From: a bacterium
Lineage (GTDB): Bacteria; Sysuimicrobiota; Sysuimicrobiia; Sysuimicrobiales; Kaftiobacteriaceae
Length of the DNA: 63,105 nucleotides
Assembly (NCBI GenBank): GCA_036393975.1
Contig: DASWFZ010000008.1
Location: 1 to 63,105 of the forward strand
Direction of reading: 5' to 3'
Shown here: piece by piece, positions 46,922-58,719 of the stretch
How the letters are laid out: each line of letters opens with the position of its first letter
Position numbering within the stretch: position 1 is the stretch's first letter
Notes under the pieces: model-generated
What the model was told of the DNA's origin: nothing
The model's database searches: none
What the model saw: only the letters and a program-made list of their open reading frames with translations
Program-made: the position numbers and the translations under genes

Positions 46922-48628
46922 TTACATGCGCTCGGGGACACGGATCCCCAGCAAGTCGAGCCCACATCGCATTACCGCCGCTACCCCCCCGACAAGCTGG
47001 AGGCGGCTTTGCCGCAGCGGCGCGTCCCCCGCTTGCAACACCGGGACCTCATGGTAGAACCCGTGAAAGGCCTGCGCCAGCGAGAGGAGGAATGTGGCCA
47101 CGAGATGCGGATGGTACGTCTGCGCGGCCTCGAGCACGATCTCCGGGAACCGGGCCAGTAGGACGACGAGCCCCCATTCGGGCGCAGAGGCGGCCGCTCG
47201 CGGGTCAAACGCTCCCTCGGGCGCAACCTCCCCGCCCTTGCGTAGGATGCTGCGGGCGCGCACGTACGTGTACTGCAGGTACGGTGCGCTATCCCCGTCC
47301 AGCGACAGCATCCTGTCCCAGTCAAAGACAATGTTCTTCACGCGGTTCTGGGACAAATCCGCGTACTTAACGGCGCCAATCCCAATAATCCGCGCCACCT
47401 CGGCGCGTTCGTCTGTGGACAGCTCAGGGTTCTTTTCGTCTACCAGCCGCCGGGCCCGCAGCATCGCTTCCTCCAAGACATCTTCCAAAAACACGACCCG
47501 CCCTTTGCGCGTGCTCATCCGCCCTTCCGGCAGCGTAATCAGTCCGAAGTCGACGTGGACGAAAACTCCGTCGTAGCCCAGTTTTCGCAGCGCCGCGAAT
47601 AACTGGCGGAAGTGCAGTTTTTGATCCGCGCCGACGACGTAGATGAGCTGCGCGGGATTCCACGTCTTGATGCGGTAAACGGCGGCGGCCAGGTCGCGGG
47701 TGTGGTACAGGGTGGCTCCATCGCTGCGCCGGAGAATCAGGGGGGTAGATAACCCGACGTCATCTAGCCGTACGATGAGCGCTCCCTGGTCTTCGACGGC
47801 GACCCCCTGGCGGATCGCCTCGTTGATCACCTCGTCGACCTTATCCGCGTAAAAGCTCTCGCCGAGTGTGTGCTCGAACCGGACGTCGAGGAGGTCATAA
47901 ATCTTGTTGAACTCACTCATACTATGCCGGACGAACTCCTGCCACAGCGCACGCGCCTGCGGGTCACCGCGCTCGAGTTTCAAGGACCCCTCCCGGCCGC
48001 GCTCCTCAAGGGTCGGATCGCGCTGCGCCTCCTGCTCGAACTTCACATAGAGACGCAGCAACTCGCGGAGAGGGGCTTCCGCGTAGGCTTGACGATCGAC
48101 CCACGCCGTGAAGGCGTACAGCAGCTTGCCGAACTGCGTCCCCCAATCGGCGATGTGGTTAATGCCCACCGGCGCATACCCGATGAAGGCATACAGACGG
48201 TGCAACGCGGCACCGATGATCGTGGAACGCAAGTGGCCGACCGACATCGGTTTAGCGATATTAGGCGAGGAGTAGTCGATCACCACTGCCCGTCCGGCCC
48301 CTGCGTCGTGACTACCGTAGCGGTCTTTCCACCGGGCCAGATCGGACATCACACCAGCGGCGAACGGCGCACGGGCCAACGTAAAGTTAAGGTATCCACC
48401 GTCGGCGCGTACCGAGTCCACCCGCGGTCCGGGGTGCACGACGCCCGCGAGGGAAGAGGCGACTTCGTGCGGGGACTTATGCAGCCGGCTCGCCAGCGGA
48501 AAGCAGGGGAGGGCCAGGTCCGCCACTACCCCTGAGGGGGGGACGGACAGCGCGAGATCTACGTCGGCGTCTGTAGCCCGGCGAATGGCCTCGACGATGT
48601 CTTGCTTGGTCGCTTGATACGTGTACAT
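46922..48628 (-). CDS. argS: Arginine--tRNA ligase
   Basis: SSPNIAKPMSVGHLRSTIIG (HIGH region), MSTRKG, and a C-terminal DALR-type anticodon-binding region. Confidence 0.92.
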   Translation of the reverse strand: MYTYQATKQDIVEAIRRATDADVDLALSVPPSGVVADLALPCFPLASRLHKSPHEVASSLAGVVHPGPRVDSVRADGGYLNFTLARAPFAAGVMSDLARWKDRYGSHDAGAGRAVVIDYSSPNIAKPMSVGHLRSTIIGAALHRLYAFIGYAPVGINHIADWGTQFGKLLYAFTAWVDRQAYAEAPLRELLRLYVKFEQEAQRDPTLEERGREGSLKLERGDPQARALWQEFVRHSMSEFNKIYDLLDVRFEHTLGESFYADKVDEVINEAIRQGVAVEDQGALIVRLDDVGLSTPLILRRSDGATLYHTRDLAAAVYRIKTWNPAQLIYVVGADQKLHFRQLFAALRKLGYDGVFVHVDFGLITLPEGRMSTRKGRVVFLEDVLEEAMLRARRLVDEKNPELSTDERAEVARIIGIGAVKYADLSQNRVKNIVFDWDRMLSLDGDSAPYLQYTYVRARSILRKGGEVAPEGAFDPRAAASAPEWGLVVLLARFPEIVLEAAQTYHPHLVATFLLSLAQAFHGFYHEVPVLQAGDAPLRQSRLQLVGGVAAVMRCGLDLLGIRVPERM

Positions 48629-48744
48629 TGTTGCGCGGACAGTACGTCAGTACGAACTCGACTCTCTACAGGATGGGGAAGGCGGAACCCGCAGCGTAGG
48701 ACCCACCGGCGGCCGCGCCGGAGCGCGGTGTCCGTAGAATGCTG

Positions 48745-49875
48745 CTAGGGGCGTTGGCCGAGGGTAACTTCCGCCGTTCCCCGCTTGCTGTCGCGGAAAT
48801 ACTCGATGCGGACACGGTCTCCGGGGCGTTTGCTGAACAGCTCGCGGATGAACTCGTTCCAGTTGCCGATGCGTTTGCTGTCAACCGCCACGATGATATC
48901 GCCGGCCTGCAATCCGGCCGCGGCCGCCGGGCCGCCAGGGCTCACCTCCCGCACGAACACGCCGTGGTCAACTGGGAGGTTGTATTGGTTGGCGATTCCG
49001 GGGTCAATGTCGCCCCCGAAGGTGATCCCCACATACGGCCGGACGACGCGCCCGTTGCGGATCAATTGATCCATGATCGCCCGCGCCGCATCGATCGGAA
49101 TCGCGAAGCCGATGCCCTGGGCGTAAGGAATGATCGCGGTGTTGATACCGATAATCGACCCGGCGCTGTCGGCCAGCGCTCCGCCGCTGTTGCCCGGGTT
49201 GATTGCGGCGCTGGTTTGAATAAGGTTTTCGATATTCGGACCTGCGGCACTCTCCCGCTCAATGCTACGATTCAGCGCGCTCACGACGCCGACCGTCACG
49301 GTGTGCCCCAACCCAAAGGGGTTTCCGATCGCCACGGCGAGCTGGCCGACCCGTAGCGCCCCGGAGTTACCCAGCTGCGCGGCGGAGAGGCGCTCGGGAG
49401 GTTGCACCTTGACGACCGCGACGTCAGAAAAGGGGTCGGCACCCACCAGCCGCGCCGTGTAGGATTTGCCTGACAATAAGGTGACCCTGATCTGTTGGGC
49501 ACCCTCCACAACGTGGTTATTGGTCAAAATGTAGCCGTCGGGGCTCACGATCACCCCCGACCCCGCGCCCTTCTGAGGAAAGATCCCGACCGCCGTCTGG
49601 ACCTGGGCCACCGTATCGATATTCACGACAGACGGGCGCACCCGCTCGACCACGTGGATGATCGTAATCTCTTCTGGCGTGAGCGTCGTGGGGGGCGGAA
49701 CTGGCGTCTGAGCAATCTGCGGGGGTGGCATCTGAGGCGCGGCCGCGGAGTTGGTCGGCGAAGCGCCGCCGACGTATTTTGGCAGAACGGCAGTGCCCAC
49801 CGTGCCGCCCACGACCGCGGCAAGCACGACCAGGACCAGAAGATTGTTCGGCGTCGTATTCAAACGCATGCGCAT
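48745..49875 (-). CDS. HtrA/DegP-type S1C serine protease with a PDZ domain
   Basis: TNNHVV, DVAVVKV, GNSGGAL, and a PDZ-like LQAGDIIVAVD. Confidence 0.88.
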   Translation of the reverse strand: MRMRLNTTPNNLLVLVVLAAVVGGTVGTAVLPKYVGGASPTNSAAAPQMPPPQIAQTPVPPPTTLTPEEITIIHVVERVRPSVVNIDTVAQVQTAVGIFPQKGAGSGVIVSPDGYILTNNHVVEGAQQIRVTLLSGKSYTARLVGADPFSDVAVVKVQPPERLSAAQLGNSGALRVGQLAVAIGNPFGLGHTVTVGVVSALNRSIERESAAGPNIENLIQTSAAINPGNSGGALADSAGSIIGINTAIIPYAQGIGFAIPIDAARAIMDQLIRNGRVVRPYVGITFGGDIDPGIANQYNLPVDHGVFVREVSPGGPAAAAGLQAGDIIVAVDSKRIGNWNEFIRELFSKRPGDRVRIEYFRDSKRGTAEVTLGQRP

Positions 49876-49960
49876 TGAATCGCTCTAGCCACGCTTTCTA
49901 CGCGGTGGGATCAGTGGGTTGCAAGTCGACGGTCTTGCCTTGCCATATTGGGTGTGTGCT

Positions 49961-50260
49961 TCAAGCCGATAGCAATGAGTCCCTGCGCCAACGGTTGGTT
50001 GCTCTGTTCATTATAACAATTGAGTGTACACGAGCAACGGAGGTTAGAAGGTAGCTAGCGTTGGGTGTTCTGATGCCTACTTGGGCGCGTCCGTCTCCGG
50101 CAGCCAAGAAGGGAGCAGGCGGATACACCTTGAGCGCATGCCCTACCCGGCCGGTGCTGAGCGAAAGAATCACTCCCGCGACACACCCCGCGAGGACTCC
50201 GGCCGTGCATCGCCACAGGACTTTGGAACACATCCCCGCGAGTGTCCGGGAGATCGTCAT
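49961..50260 (-). CDS. Doubtful small membrane ORF (only the first 45-60 codons look coding)
   Basis: MTISRTLAGMCSKVLWRCTAGVLAGCVAGVILSLSTG with AGGGGA 4 nt upstream. High third-position GC is confined to the first part. The 3' end runs through the htrA promoter. Confidence 0.25.
   Translation of the reverse strand: MTISRTLAGMCSKVLWRCTAGVLAGCVAGVILSLSTGRVGHALKVYPPAPFLAAGDGRAQVGIRTPNASYLLTSVARVHSIVIMNRATNRWRRDSLLSA
50010..50037 (-). promoter_or_regulatory. Promoter TTGCTC-16 nt-TGtTATAAT pointing toward htrA (about 125-nt 5' UTR)
   Basis: The minus strand reads TTGCTCgtgtacactcaatTGtTATAAT, in an AT-rich island. Confidence 0.5.
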
Positions 50261-50487
50261 GTGATCCCCTGCGTCAGGATCGTCTACGGCGCGCCGACTG
50301 AAAGAATGACCAGATGGGTACACTTTCCATCGCATCTGGATGCGCGAGCAGTCGATGGATTCTCTCTTCTGCGCGCGCGCCGGTGCGATCCGCGTCCGCG
50401 TATGCGTAACCGAGGTTTGCCCGGCACGACGCGGGTAGGTTATAATCGTATTTCGCAGTCATCCTCTTTTCTCCCGGCAGGTGCGAC

Positions 50488-51363
50488 GTGCTGAATTGGT
50501 TGCGCCGGCCCAAGGACGGTTCGCTGCAGCGCGGCGAGATGCCGGCCGGCATCTGGGATAAATGCCCGCGCTGCCGCAACCTCATCTACCGCAAAGAGCT
50601 GGAGCGGAATCTGATGGTTTGCCCGAAGTGCGGCTACCATCACCGCCTCTCGGCCGTGGAGCGCTTGGAAATCACTCTGGACGAGCATGCGTTTGAGGAG
50701 TACGACGCATCGCTGACCTCGACCGACCCGCTGGGCTTCGAAGGGTATGGCGCCAAACTCGCCGAGGCCCGAGAGAAAACCGGCCAGGCCGAGGCCGTGA
50801 TCACGGGCGATGGAACAATTGACGGCCGGCGCACGGTCATCGCCGCTTTGGACTTCAACTTCATGGGAGGCTCGATGGGATCGGCGGTCGGAGAAAAAAT
50901 TACGCGCGCCGCGGAACGGGCGGTGGCGAGCCGCTTGCCGCTTGTGATCTTTTCCGCCTCCGGGGGCGCCCGCATGCAGGAGGGTGTCCTGTCCCTGATG
51001 CAGCTGGCCAAGACGAGTGCAGCGATCGGCCGGCTCCACGAGGCCGGATTGCCCTACCTCTCCGTCATGTGCGACCCCACGACCGGTGGGGTGACGGCCA
51101 GCTTCGCCTTCTTGGGCGATGTGATCCTGGCCGAGCCGGGAGCGCTCATCGGGTTCGCGGGTCGCCGGGTCATTGAGCAGACGATTCGCCGCAAACTCCC
51201 TGACGATTTCCAAACCGCCGAGTTCTGCCTGCAGCGGGGATTAATCGACATGGTTGTATCGCGCGCCGAGATGCGCGCTACCCTGGCCCGACTCCTCGCC
51301 TTCTTCGGTGCTCCTCGCGTTGCGCCGACGCCGCAGGAGCCCGCTCCCGCCGTGCAGCCATGA
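50488..51363 (+). CDS. accD: Acetyl-CoA carboxylase carboxyltransferase beta subunit
   Basis: Zn-ribbon [28 protein letters not shown] and FMGGSMGS. Confidence 0.9.
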   Translation: MLNWLRRPKDGSLQRGEMPAGIWDKCPRCRNLIYRKELERNLMVCPKCGYHHRLSAVERLEITLDEHAFEEYDASLTSTDPLGFEGYGAKLAEAREKTGQAEAVITGDGTIDGRRTVIAALDFNFMGGSMGSAVGEKITRAAERAVASRLPLVIFSASGGARMQEGVLSLMQLAKTSAAIGRLHEAGLPYLSVMCDPTTGGVTASFAFLGDVILAEPGALIGFAGRRVIEQTIRRKLPDDFQTAEFCLQRGLIDMVVSRAEMRATLARLLAFFGAPRVAPTPQEPAPAVQP

Positions 51364-52373
51364 CGCAACGCCCCCCTCGCCCGACTGCCGATCCCGATCA
51401 CCAGCTCGCCGAGCTTGAGAAGGAAATCGAGCGGCTGCGCCTGCGTGCCCGCGACCAGTCCGGGTCTCGGGAAACGGAGATCGCCGCGCTGGAGCAGCAG
51501 GCGGCCCAACTGCGGGAGGAGATCTACCGCAATCCCTCACCCTGGCACATTGTGCAGCTCGCCCGCCAGATCCAGCGGCCCCGCTTGGTCGATTTTCTGG
51601 GGTCCCTGTTTACCGACGTCATCGAGATCCACGGAGATCGCCTCTTCCGGGACGACCCCGCCCTCTTGACCGCGCTGGGTCGCTTCGACGGTCAGCCGGT
51701 CGTCGTAGTGGGCCACAACAGAGGAAAGGACACGAAGGAAAACGTTGCCCGAAACTTCGGGATGCCCTACCCCGAGGGATACCGGAAAGCCCTGCGGGCA
51801 ATGCGGCTGGCCGAGAAGTTCGGCTACCCGGTCATCTCATTTGTCGACACCACTGGCGCCCACCCGGGTGATGAAGCGGAGGAACGGGGCCAGGCGGAGG
51901 CGATTGCCCGCAACATCCAAGAGATGACCCGCCTAAAGTCCCCCATCCTCGTGGTTGTCACAGGGGAAGGCGGCAGCGGAGGGGCGCTGGCGATTGCGGT
52001 CGGCGACGCGGTGTTGATGCTGCAGTACGCCGTCTACACGGTGATCTCTCCCGAAGGCTGTGCCGCGATTTTGTGGCACGACGCCTCACGTGCGCGCGAT
52101 GCGGCCGCCGCCCTCAAGCTCACCGCCCGCGACCTCCAGGACCTGGGCATTGTGGACGAGGTTCTGCCCGAGCCTTTGGGCGGGGCCCACCGCGATGCCG
52201 AGGCGGTCTTTCGCGTCATGCGTGATGCAGTGGGCCGGCATCTGCAGGCGTTGCGCGAGGTGCCCCGCGAAGTTCTTCTAGACCGGCGATACGCGAAGTA
52301 CCGCCGCATCGGCCGGGTCGTCGAGACCCTGGCCGCGGGAGGCGATGGTGACCGAACCGAAGCTCGACCTTGA
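51360..52373 (+). CDS. accA: Acetyl-CoA carboxylase carboxyltransferase alpha subunit
   Basis: [37 protein letters not shown] and [10 protein letters not shown]. 4-nt overlap with accD. Confidence 0.9.
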   Translation: MTQRPPRPTADPDHQLAELEKEIERLRLRARDQSGSRETEIAALEQQAAQLREEIYRNPSPWHIVQLARQIQRPRLVDFLGSLFTDVIEIHGDRLFRDDPALLTALGRFDGQPVVVVGHNRGKDTKENVARNFGMPYPEGYRKALRAMRLAEKFGYPVISFVDTTGAHPGDEAEERGQAEAIARNIQEMTRLKSPILVVVTGEGGSGGALAIAVGDAVLMLQYAVYTVISPEGCAAILWHDASRARDAAAALKLTARDLQDLGIVDEVLPEPLGGAHRDAEAVFRVMRDAVGRHLQALREVPREVLLDRRYAKYRRIGRVVETLAAGGDGDRTEARP

Positions 52374-52812
52374 CCAAATCCGGGCTGTCATCAAGATTGC
52401 CAGTGAGTCCCCCGACGTCGCAGAGTTGGAGGTGGCGTCGGAGACGCTCAAGGTCGTCGTGAAGAAAGTCGCTGGCGCAGCCCGGGCGGTCGTCTCCACC
52501 CCCTCCGCCTCCCCCACAGCGGTTCCGTCTGTCCCGCCCTCGGCGCCGAGCGGGTCGACCGACCAGCTCGTGCCCATCACCGCCCCGATGGTCGGGACAT
52601 TTTATCGCGCGCCCAAGCCCGACGCCTCACCGTTCGTCGCCGAAGGCGACTTGGTCGAACCCGGCCAAGCGGTGTGCATTATCGAGGCGATGAAGCTTTT
52701 CAATGAGATCCAAAGTGAGGTCCGGGGACGCGTCGCGAAGATTCTGGTGGAAAACGCTTCCCCGGTCGAATACGGACAGCTGCTCATGCTCGTAGACACC
52801 ACCGCCCCATAG
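52345..52812 (+). CDS. accB: Biotin carboxyl carrier protein
   Basis: Ala/Pro linker, then [12 protein letters not shown] (biotinyl-Lys motif). GGGAGG SD. Overlaps the accA end by 29 nt. Confidence 0.88.
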   Translation: MVTEPKLDLDQIRAVIKIASESPDVAELEVASETLKVVVKKVAGAARAVVSTPSASPTAVPSVPPSAPSGSTDQLVPITAPMVGTFYRAPKPDASPFVAEGDLVEPGQAVCIIEAMKLFNEIQSEVRGRVAKILVENASPVEYGQLLMLVDTTAP

Positions 52813-52864
52813 GGATGCGGGGACGATCTCCCCGACGGACGGACCCGGTCGCAGACCCGTGCCC

Positions 52865-54244
<1,380 letters not shown>

Positions 54245-54367
54245 CTGGGTCGGCCTCTGCAGGTGCCGGAACCCCGGCGCAATTGGGCGCCGGATAGGAA
54301 TCCCCCACGCGAGGCAGGAAGAGTACGAAAGCCGGGTCGCGAGCCATAGGTCTGAGGAGGTAGTGGG

Positions 54368-55246
54368 ATGCCCTCGTTTCTGACATCGTTGACGGTGCTG
54401 GCGGCGATTCTGATCGTCGGATTCTCCATCATCAGCTCCGCGATCAAAGTCGTCCGGGAGTACCAACGGCTAGTCGTCTTCCGGCTCGGCCGATCTGTCG
54501 GGAAGAAGGGCCCCGGCCTGGTCTTCCTGATCCCCGTCGTCGACAAAGCGGTGTGGGTGGATCTGCGCGAGTTCTTCTTGGAGATCCCATCGCAGACGTG
54601 CATCACCAAGGACAACGCGTCGATCAACATCGACTTCCTGATTTACTTCAAGGTCTTCGAACCAGACCAGACGGTGATTCAGGTCACTGACTTCGCCGGC
54701 GCCGCCCGCGGCATCGCCATGACCACCCTGCGTGCCGTCGTCGGCGACATCAGCCTCGACGATGTGCTGGCCCAGCGCGAGAAAATCAACCAAGTGCTGC
54801 GGGCGAAACTCGATGAGGTCACCGAACGGTGGGGCGTGAAGGTCACGACGGTCGAGATCCGCGAGATCCTGCCGCCGCGCGAAGTGCAGGAGGCGATGAC
54901 CCGCCAGATGTCCGCCGAGCGAACCCGCCGGGCCGTCGTCACCGAGGCGGAGGGCAAGCGCCAGGCCACGATCACCGTCGCGGAAGGAGACAAGCAGTCG
55001 GCGATCCTGCGCGCCGAAGGGGAACGTCAGGCCGCGATCCTACGCGCCGAAGGCTTCTCGCTGGCCCTCGACAGAATCTTCTCCGTGGCCAAGAACATCG
55101 ATAGCAAGACCCTCACTCTCCAGTACCTGGAAGCGTTGAAGGTGCTGGGCGAGGGCGCGTCCACCAAGTTCATTTTCCCGCTGGAATTCACGAAACTGCT
55201 GCAGCCGATTACGGACTTTGTGCGTGAGGCGGAGGGCCAGAAGTAG
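54368..55246 (+). CDS. SPFH / band-7 (stomatin-like) membrane protein
   Basis: An N-terminal TM, VREYQRLVVFRLGR, LRAVVGDISLDDVL, and an ERQAAILRAEG coiled region. Confidence 0.85.
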   Translation: MPSFLTSLTVLAAILIVGFSIISSAIKVVREYQRLVVFRLGRSVGKKGPGLVFLIPVVDKAVWVDLREFFLEIPSQTCITKDNASINIDFLIYFKVFEPDQTVIQVTDFAGAARGIAMTTLRAVVGDISLDDVLAQREKINQVLRAKLDEVTERWGVKVTTVEIREILPPREVQEAMTRQMSAERTRRAVVTEAEGKRQATITVAEGDKQSAILRAEGERQAAILRAEGFSLALDRIFSVAKNIDSKTLTLQYLEALKVLGEGASTKFIFPLEFTKLLQPITDFVREAEGQK

Positions 55247-55264
55247 AACTGCTCCCGCGACAGG

Positions 55265-55304
55265 CCCGGTCCAGCGGGGGGAGCCCCCCGCCGGACCGGG
55301 TTTT
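55265..55304. terminator. Long GC hairpin between convergent genes (T-tract on the plus strand)
   Basis: CCCGGTCC-a-GCGGGGGG-AG-CCCCCCGC-c-GGACCGGG followed by TTTT. It abuts the stop of the minus-strand ABC gene. Confidence 0.6.
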
Positions 55305-56403
55305 AGATGATGGCCTGCTGCGTGTCCGGATTGAACAGGTGCATCTTCTTCATCCCCAGCACGACCTCGATATTCTGTCCCATCTTCGCCTGCGACCGCG
55401 CCTCCACGCGCGCCACGATGGAGTGCGGGCCTGTCGTGAGGTAGAGAATGACATCCGATCCTAGCGGCTCATGCACGTCCACAGTGGCCTGGATCGTCTC
55501 AGACGGCGAGGGCCCGGTCGTTAACGCGCGGTCGGCAATATCCTCAGGCCGAATGCCAAAGATCACGCGACGACCGACCCACGGTTTTGCCGTAGGCACG
55601 CAACTCGGGGGGATTTCCACGCGGAAGCTTCCCGCATCGACAAACAACCGCCCGGTGCTGTCGGCCACCGTGGCGTCGATGAAGTTCATGGCCGGGCTGC
55701 CGATGAATCCTGCGACGAAGAGGTTGGCAGGTTTCTCGTAGAGGTTGATGGGGGTGTCCACCTGCTGGATCTGCCCCACGTTCATCACGACGATGCGGTC
55801 CCCCATCGTCATCGCCTCGATCTGGTCGTGGGTCACGTAGATAGTGGTCGTCTGGAGCCGGGCGTGAAGCTTCTTGATCTCGGCGCGGGTCTGGACGCGG
55901 AGCTTGGCATCGAGGTTGGATAGGGGTTCGTCCATCAGGAAGACCTGCGGCTCTCGCACAATGGCCCGGCCCAACGCTACGCGCTGGCGCTGTCCGCCGG
56001 ACAACTGTTTGGGCTTGCGGCCGAGCAGCGTGCCGATGCCGAGCATCTCGCCCGCTTCTTTAACCCGCCGGTCGATCTCCGGCTTGGGGTACTTACGCAG
56101 GCGCAGGCCGAACGCCATGTTGTCGTACACAGTCATGTGGGGGTACAACGCGTAGTTCTGGAACACCATCGCGATGTCGCGGTCCTTCGGGGGGACGTCA
56201 TTCACCCGACGGTCGCCGATAAAGATGTCGCCGTCGCTGGCCTCTTCGAGTCCCGCGATTAACCGCAGGGCGGTCGTCTTCCCACACCCCGAGGGCCCGA
56301 CGAGCACCGTGAACTGTTTGTCGGGAATCTCCAGCGTGATGTCGTTCACCGCAGTGACGGCACCAAACTTCTTGGTCACTCCCTGCAGCTGTACCCTCGC
56401 CAC
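55303..56403 (-). CDS. Sugar-ABC-transporter ATPase (MalK/UgpC/MsiK type) with no adjacent permease genes
   Basis: GPSGCGKTT, LSGGQRQRVALGRA, FLMDEPLSNLD, and a C-terminal TOBE-like domain. Confidence 0.9.
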   Translation of the reverse strand: MARVQLQGVTKKFGAVTAVNDITLEIPDKQFTVLVGPSGCGKTTALRLIAGLEEASDGDIFIGDRRVNDVPPKDRDIAMVFQNYALYPHMTVYDNMAFGLRLRKYPKPEIDRRVKEAGEMLGIGTLLGRKPKQLSGGQRQRVALGRAIVREPQVFLMDEPLSNLDAKLRVQTRAEIKKLHARLQTTTIYVTHDQIEAMTMGDRIVVMNVGQIQQVDTPINLYEKPANLFVAGFIGSPAMNFIDATVADSTGRLFVDAGSFRVEIPPSCVPTAKPWVGRRVIFGIRPEDIADRALTTGPSPSETIQATVDVHEPLGSDVILYLTTGPHSIVARVEARSQAKMGQNIEVVLGMKKMHLFNPDTQQAII

Positions 56404-56523
56404 AAGCTATCCTCCTCGCTCACTTGATGGGGCTGGTCTTTATTCTAGCGCGTTCGATCCGAGTCCGCGGGGCCCTACGATCTCCCGCGGGCTCGCTGTC
56501 CGGCACCAGTTACGGCGCGATCG

Positions 56524-57570
56524 TCACCGCTGCGCCAAACGGCGCTTCAGTTCATCGATTACGGCAACTGGATAGGGATCGACCCCGCGCTGCACGGCCA
56601 CCCACCAACTGACAAAGTCGCCGATTAGGATCGTCGAGAGCAACCGCGCCAGCTTCCCACTCCCAATGGCGCGCACCTCGTCGATCCCTCCCGCCCGCGC
56701 GAACGCGAGTTCCCGCGTGATCGCCACACGCCGTGCCAGCCTCTCCGCCTCGACCGCATCCCGGAGAATGATGACGTGCAGCACTGCGGCCAGCGCGGCA
56801 TCCAACCCCCAGCCGACGGTCTCATTGTGATTGAGCTCGGGAAATGTGTTCCACACCGCCGCGGTCTTGCCATTCTCGTTAAATTGGTCTTTCCAGCGTT
56901 CCGCGGCGGGCTCGAGAAAGGGAACGCCACTGTAGACTACGGGGATGCGCCCGCTCAGCGCGTCCCCCAGCCGCCGCGCTGGGCTGTCGGAGCGGTCCGG
57001 ATTGTAGTCAGCGACGACACGCCGCAGCACATCCACGGCTTCGCGCAGGTCGGCATCAAAGGACCGTACTGCCCCAGAGCGGGCCAACACCGCCAGCATG
57101 GGGAGAAACAAGTACGGGAGCGCCGCGCGGGGAGGCAGCCCGGGCGGGACCACGACGGCTGGGTGCCGCCTCTGCTGCGCGCGCTTCAACAATGCCCCGC
57201 CGGACGTGATCGCCACGCAGGGCGCGCCGCGGTTGGCCGCCTCGTCATAGGCTGCTAACGTTTCCTCGGTGTCCCCGGAGTAACTGCAGGCGATCACGAG
57301 CGTCTGGGGCCCCACGAAGGCGGGCGCACGGTATTCCTTGACGGGGACGACGGGGCCGACGGCTTCATCGAAGAGCACGGCGCGGAGAAGATCGCCCCCG
57401 ATTCCGGATCCGCCCATCCCCAACGCCACAATCGCTTGGGGCGACGTGATCCGCCCGGCCGGCTCGGCGGGGAGCCCCCACGCTTCCTCACACATCTGGG
57501 GAAAGCGCTGGATCAGCTGCAACATCCCGTGAGGATCGCGCGGCGCGCGCACCGAGGATTCCACCCGCAT
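56524..57570 (-). CDS. Bifunctional phosphoglucose/phosphomannose isomerase (SIS-domain, archaeal/thermophile type)
   Basis: DPHGMLQLIQRFPQM, GMGGSGIGGDL, CSYSGDTEETL and a C-terminal bifunctional PGI/PMI-like block. An alternative upstream start exists at 57642. Confidence 0.75.
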   Translation of the reverse strand: MRVESSVRAPRDPHGMLQLIQRFPQMCEEAWGLPAEPAGRITSPQAIVALGMGGSGIGGDLLRAVLFDEAVGPVVPVKEYRAPAFVGPQTLVIACSYSGDTEETLAAYDEAANRGAPCVAITSGGALLKRAQQRRHPAVVVPPGLPPRAALPYLFLPMLAVLARSGAVRSFDADLREAVDVLRRVVADYNPDRSDSPARRLGDALSGRIPVVYSGVPFLEPAAERWKDQFNENGKTAAVWNTFPELNHNETVGWGLDAALAAVLHVIILRDAVEAERLARRVAITRELAFARAGGIDEVRAIGSGKLARLLSTILIGDFVSWWVAVQRGVDPYPVAVIDELKRRLAQR

Positions 57571-57655
57571 CACGGTGCTCCCCTTCGCCGATGCGTAGGC
57601 AACACCTGCCCACAGGACCGACAGGTAGACAACCTGCCCCAAGGCGAACTACACG

Positions 57656-58015
57656 GTGGTGAGTGACCTCCCGTTTCCCCGCGGGACGACGCGGTTATCA
57701 GGATCGGAAATCCGGCGACTGCGTGAATTGCGCGAACAGGTGAAAGTCGCCTCCGTCCAGTTGCCGATGCAGGTGCAGCGACAGCTCCTGGCGTTGCTGG
57801 AGAAATCACGCCCCTGGAAGATCTCCCCGCGTCCGGTCCCCGAAATGACGCGCGGCGAAGTGATCCGCGCCATCCGCTGGCGGCTCGGGACCGTACCGCT
57901 CGAGGGCGTCACCACCGCAGCCCAGTTCGTGACGCAACACCGTCCCCGGCGGCGGCCCGCCGTCCCCGCGCCCGTCCCCCCTCCCCCGCGCTCGTTTCGT
58001 CGCCGCCGGTCATGA
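57656..58015 (+). CDS. Hypothetical protein (helical core, Pro/Arg-rich tail)
   Basis: SEIRRLRELREQVKVASVQLPMQVQRQLLALLEKSRPW...EVIRAIRWRLG looks protein-like. I recognise no family. Confidence 0.35.
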   Translation: MVSDLPFPRGTTRLSGSEIRRLRELREQVKVASVQLPMQVQRQLLALLEKSRPWKISPRPVPEMTRGEVIRAIRWRLGTVPLEGVTTAAQFVTQHRPRRRPAVPAPVPPPPRSFRRRRS

Positions 58016-58094
58016 AGCGCACGACTCCTGCCCGCATCAGTCCGATGCGATCGGCATCTTGCGCGACACGTCGTGTCCACGTCCCAAGCACGTC

Positions 58095-58634
58095 ATGAGC
58101 GCCGATCGGTGGGCTGCCCTGCGCGACGCCATCCGCTGGCTCGACCCTGTGGGAACGATCGCCCTGATCCTCATCGGCGCCGCGGTGGCCCTACGTCTGT
58201 CGGTGGTCCTGATCCGCCGGACGCTACGGGCGCCTGCCGCCCGGCTCATGGACGAAATGCGCTGGCAGACGTTGGAGCCGCTGATGGAGAGGGCGGTCCG
58301 GTTTGTGGTGTACTTCACGGCCTTCATCATGATCCTGCAACGCCTGAACGTGGACGTCACGGCAATTCTTGCTAGCGCAGGGGTCGTGGGTTTGGCATTC
58401 GGTCTGGGCGCGCAGCATCTGGTCCGCGACGTGCTGGCGGGGATCGCTCTCCTCTCGGAGGGTCTGGTCCACCTTGGCGACGTCATCACCTACGAAACGC
58501 ACACGGGGACCGTGGAACGGGTCGGCATCCGAACGACCCAGATCCGGACATCCAGCGGAGAAGTGTGGACGATTCCGAACGGACGGCTCGAGGTATTCGG
58601 GAACAGAGGCCCGCAGTCCGGCCCTCCTCGGTAA
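58095..58634 (+). CDS. MscS-family mechanosensitive channel, apparently truncated after the beta-domain start
   Basis: TM3/pore signature ILASAGVVGLAFGLGAQHLVRDVLAGI, then GTVERVGIRTTQIRTSSGEVWTIPNGRLEVFGN and a stop. The usual roughly 100-aa C-terminal domain is absent. Confidence 0.7.
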   Translation: MSADRWAALRDAIRWLDPVGTIALILIGAAVALRLSVVLIRRTLRAPAARLMDEMRWQTLEPLMERAVRFVVYFTAFIMILQRLNVDVTAILASAGVVGLAFGLGAQHLVRDVLAGIALLSEGLVHLGDVITYETHTGTVERVGIRTTQIRTSSGEVWTIPNGRLEVFGNRGPQSGPPR

Positions 58635-58719
58635 CCTTCCGTGGTCTCCGCATGTGTTGTACCGTGGACTCATCACACGCCGGCAGGAGTGAGCCGGACT
58701 CCCAAGGGGGGCTGTACTA

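Noticed and set aside
48629-48744. A T-box leader upstream of argS.
   Set aside because: Only 117 nt separate argS from the htrA stop, which is too short for a T-box. No AGGGUGGNACCGCG-type T-box sequence or specifier-loop architecture is seen.
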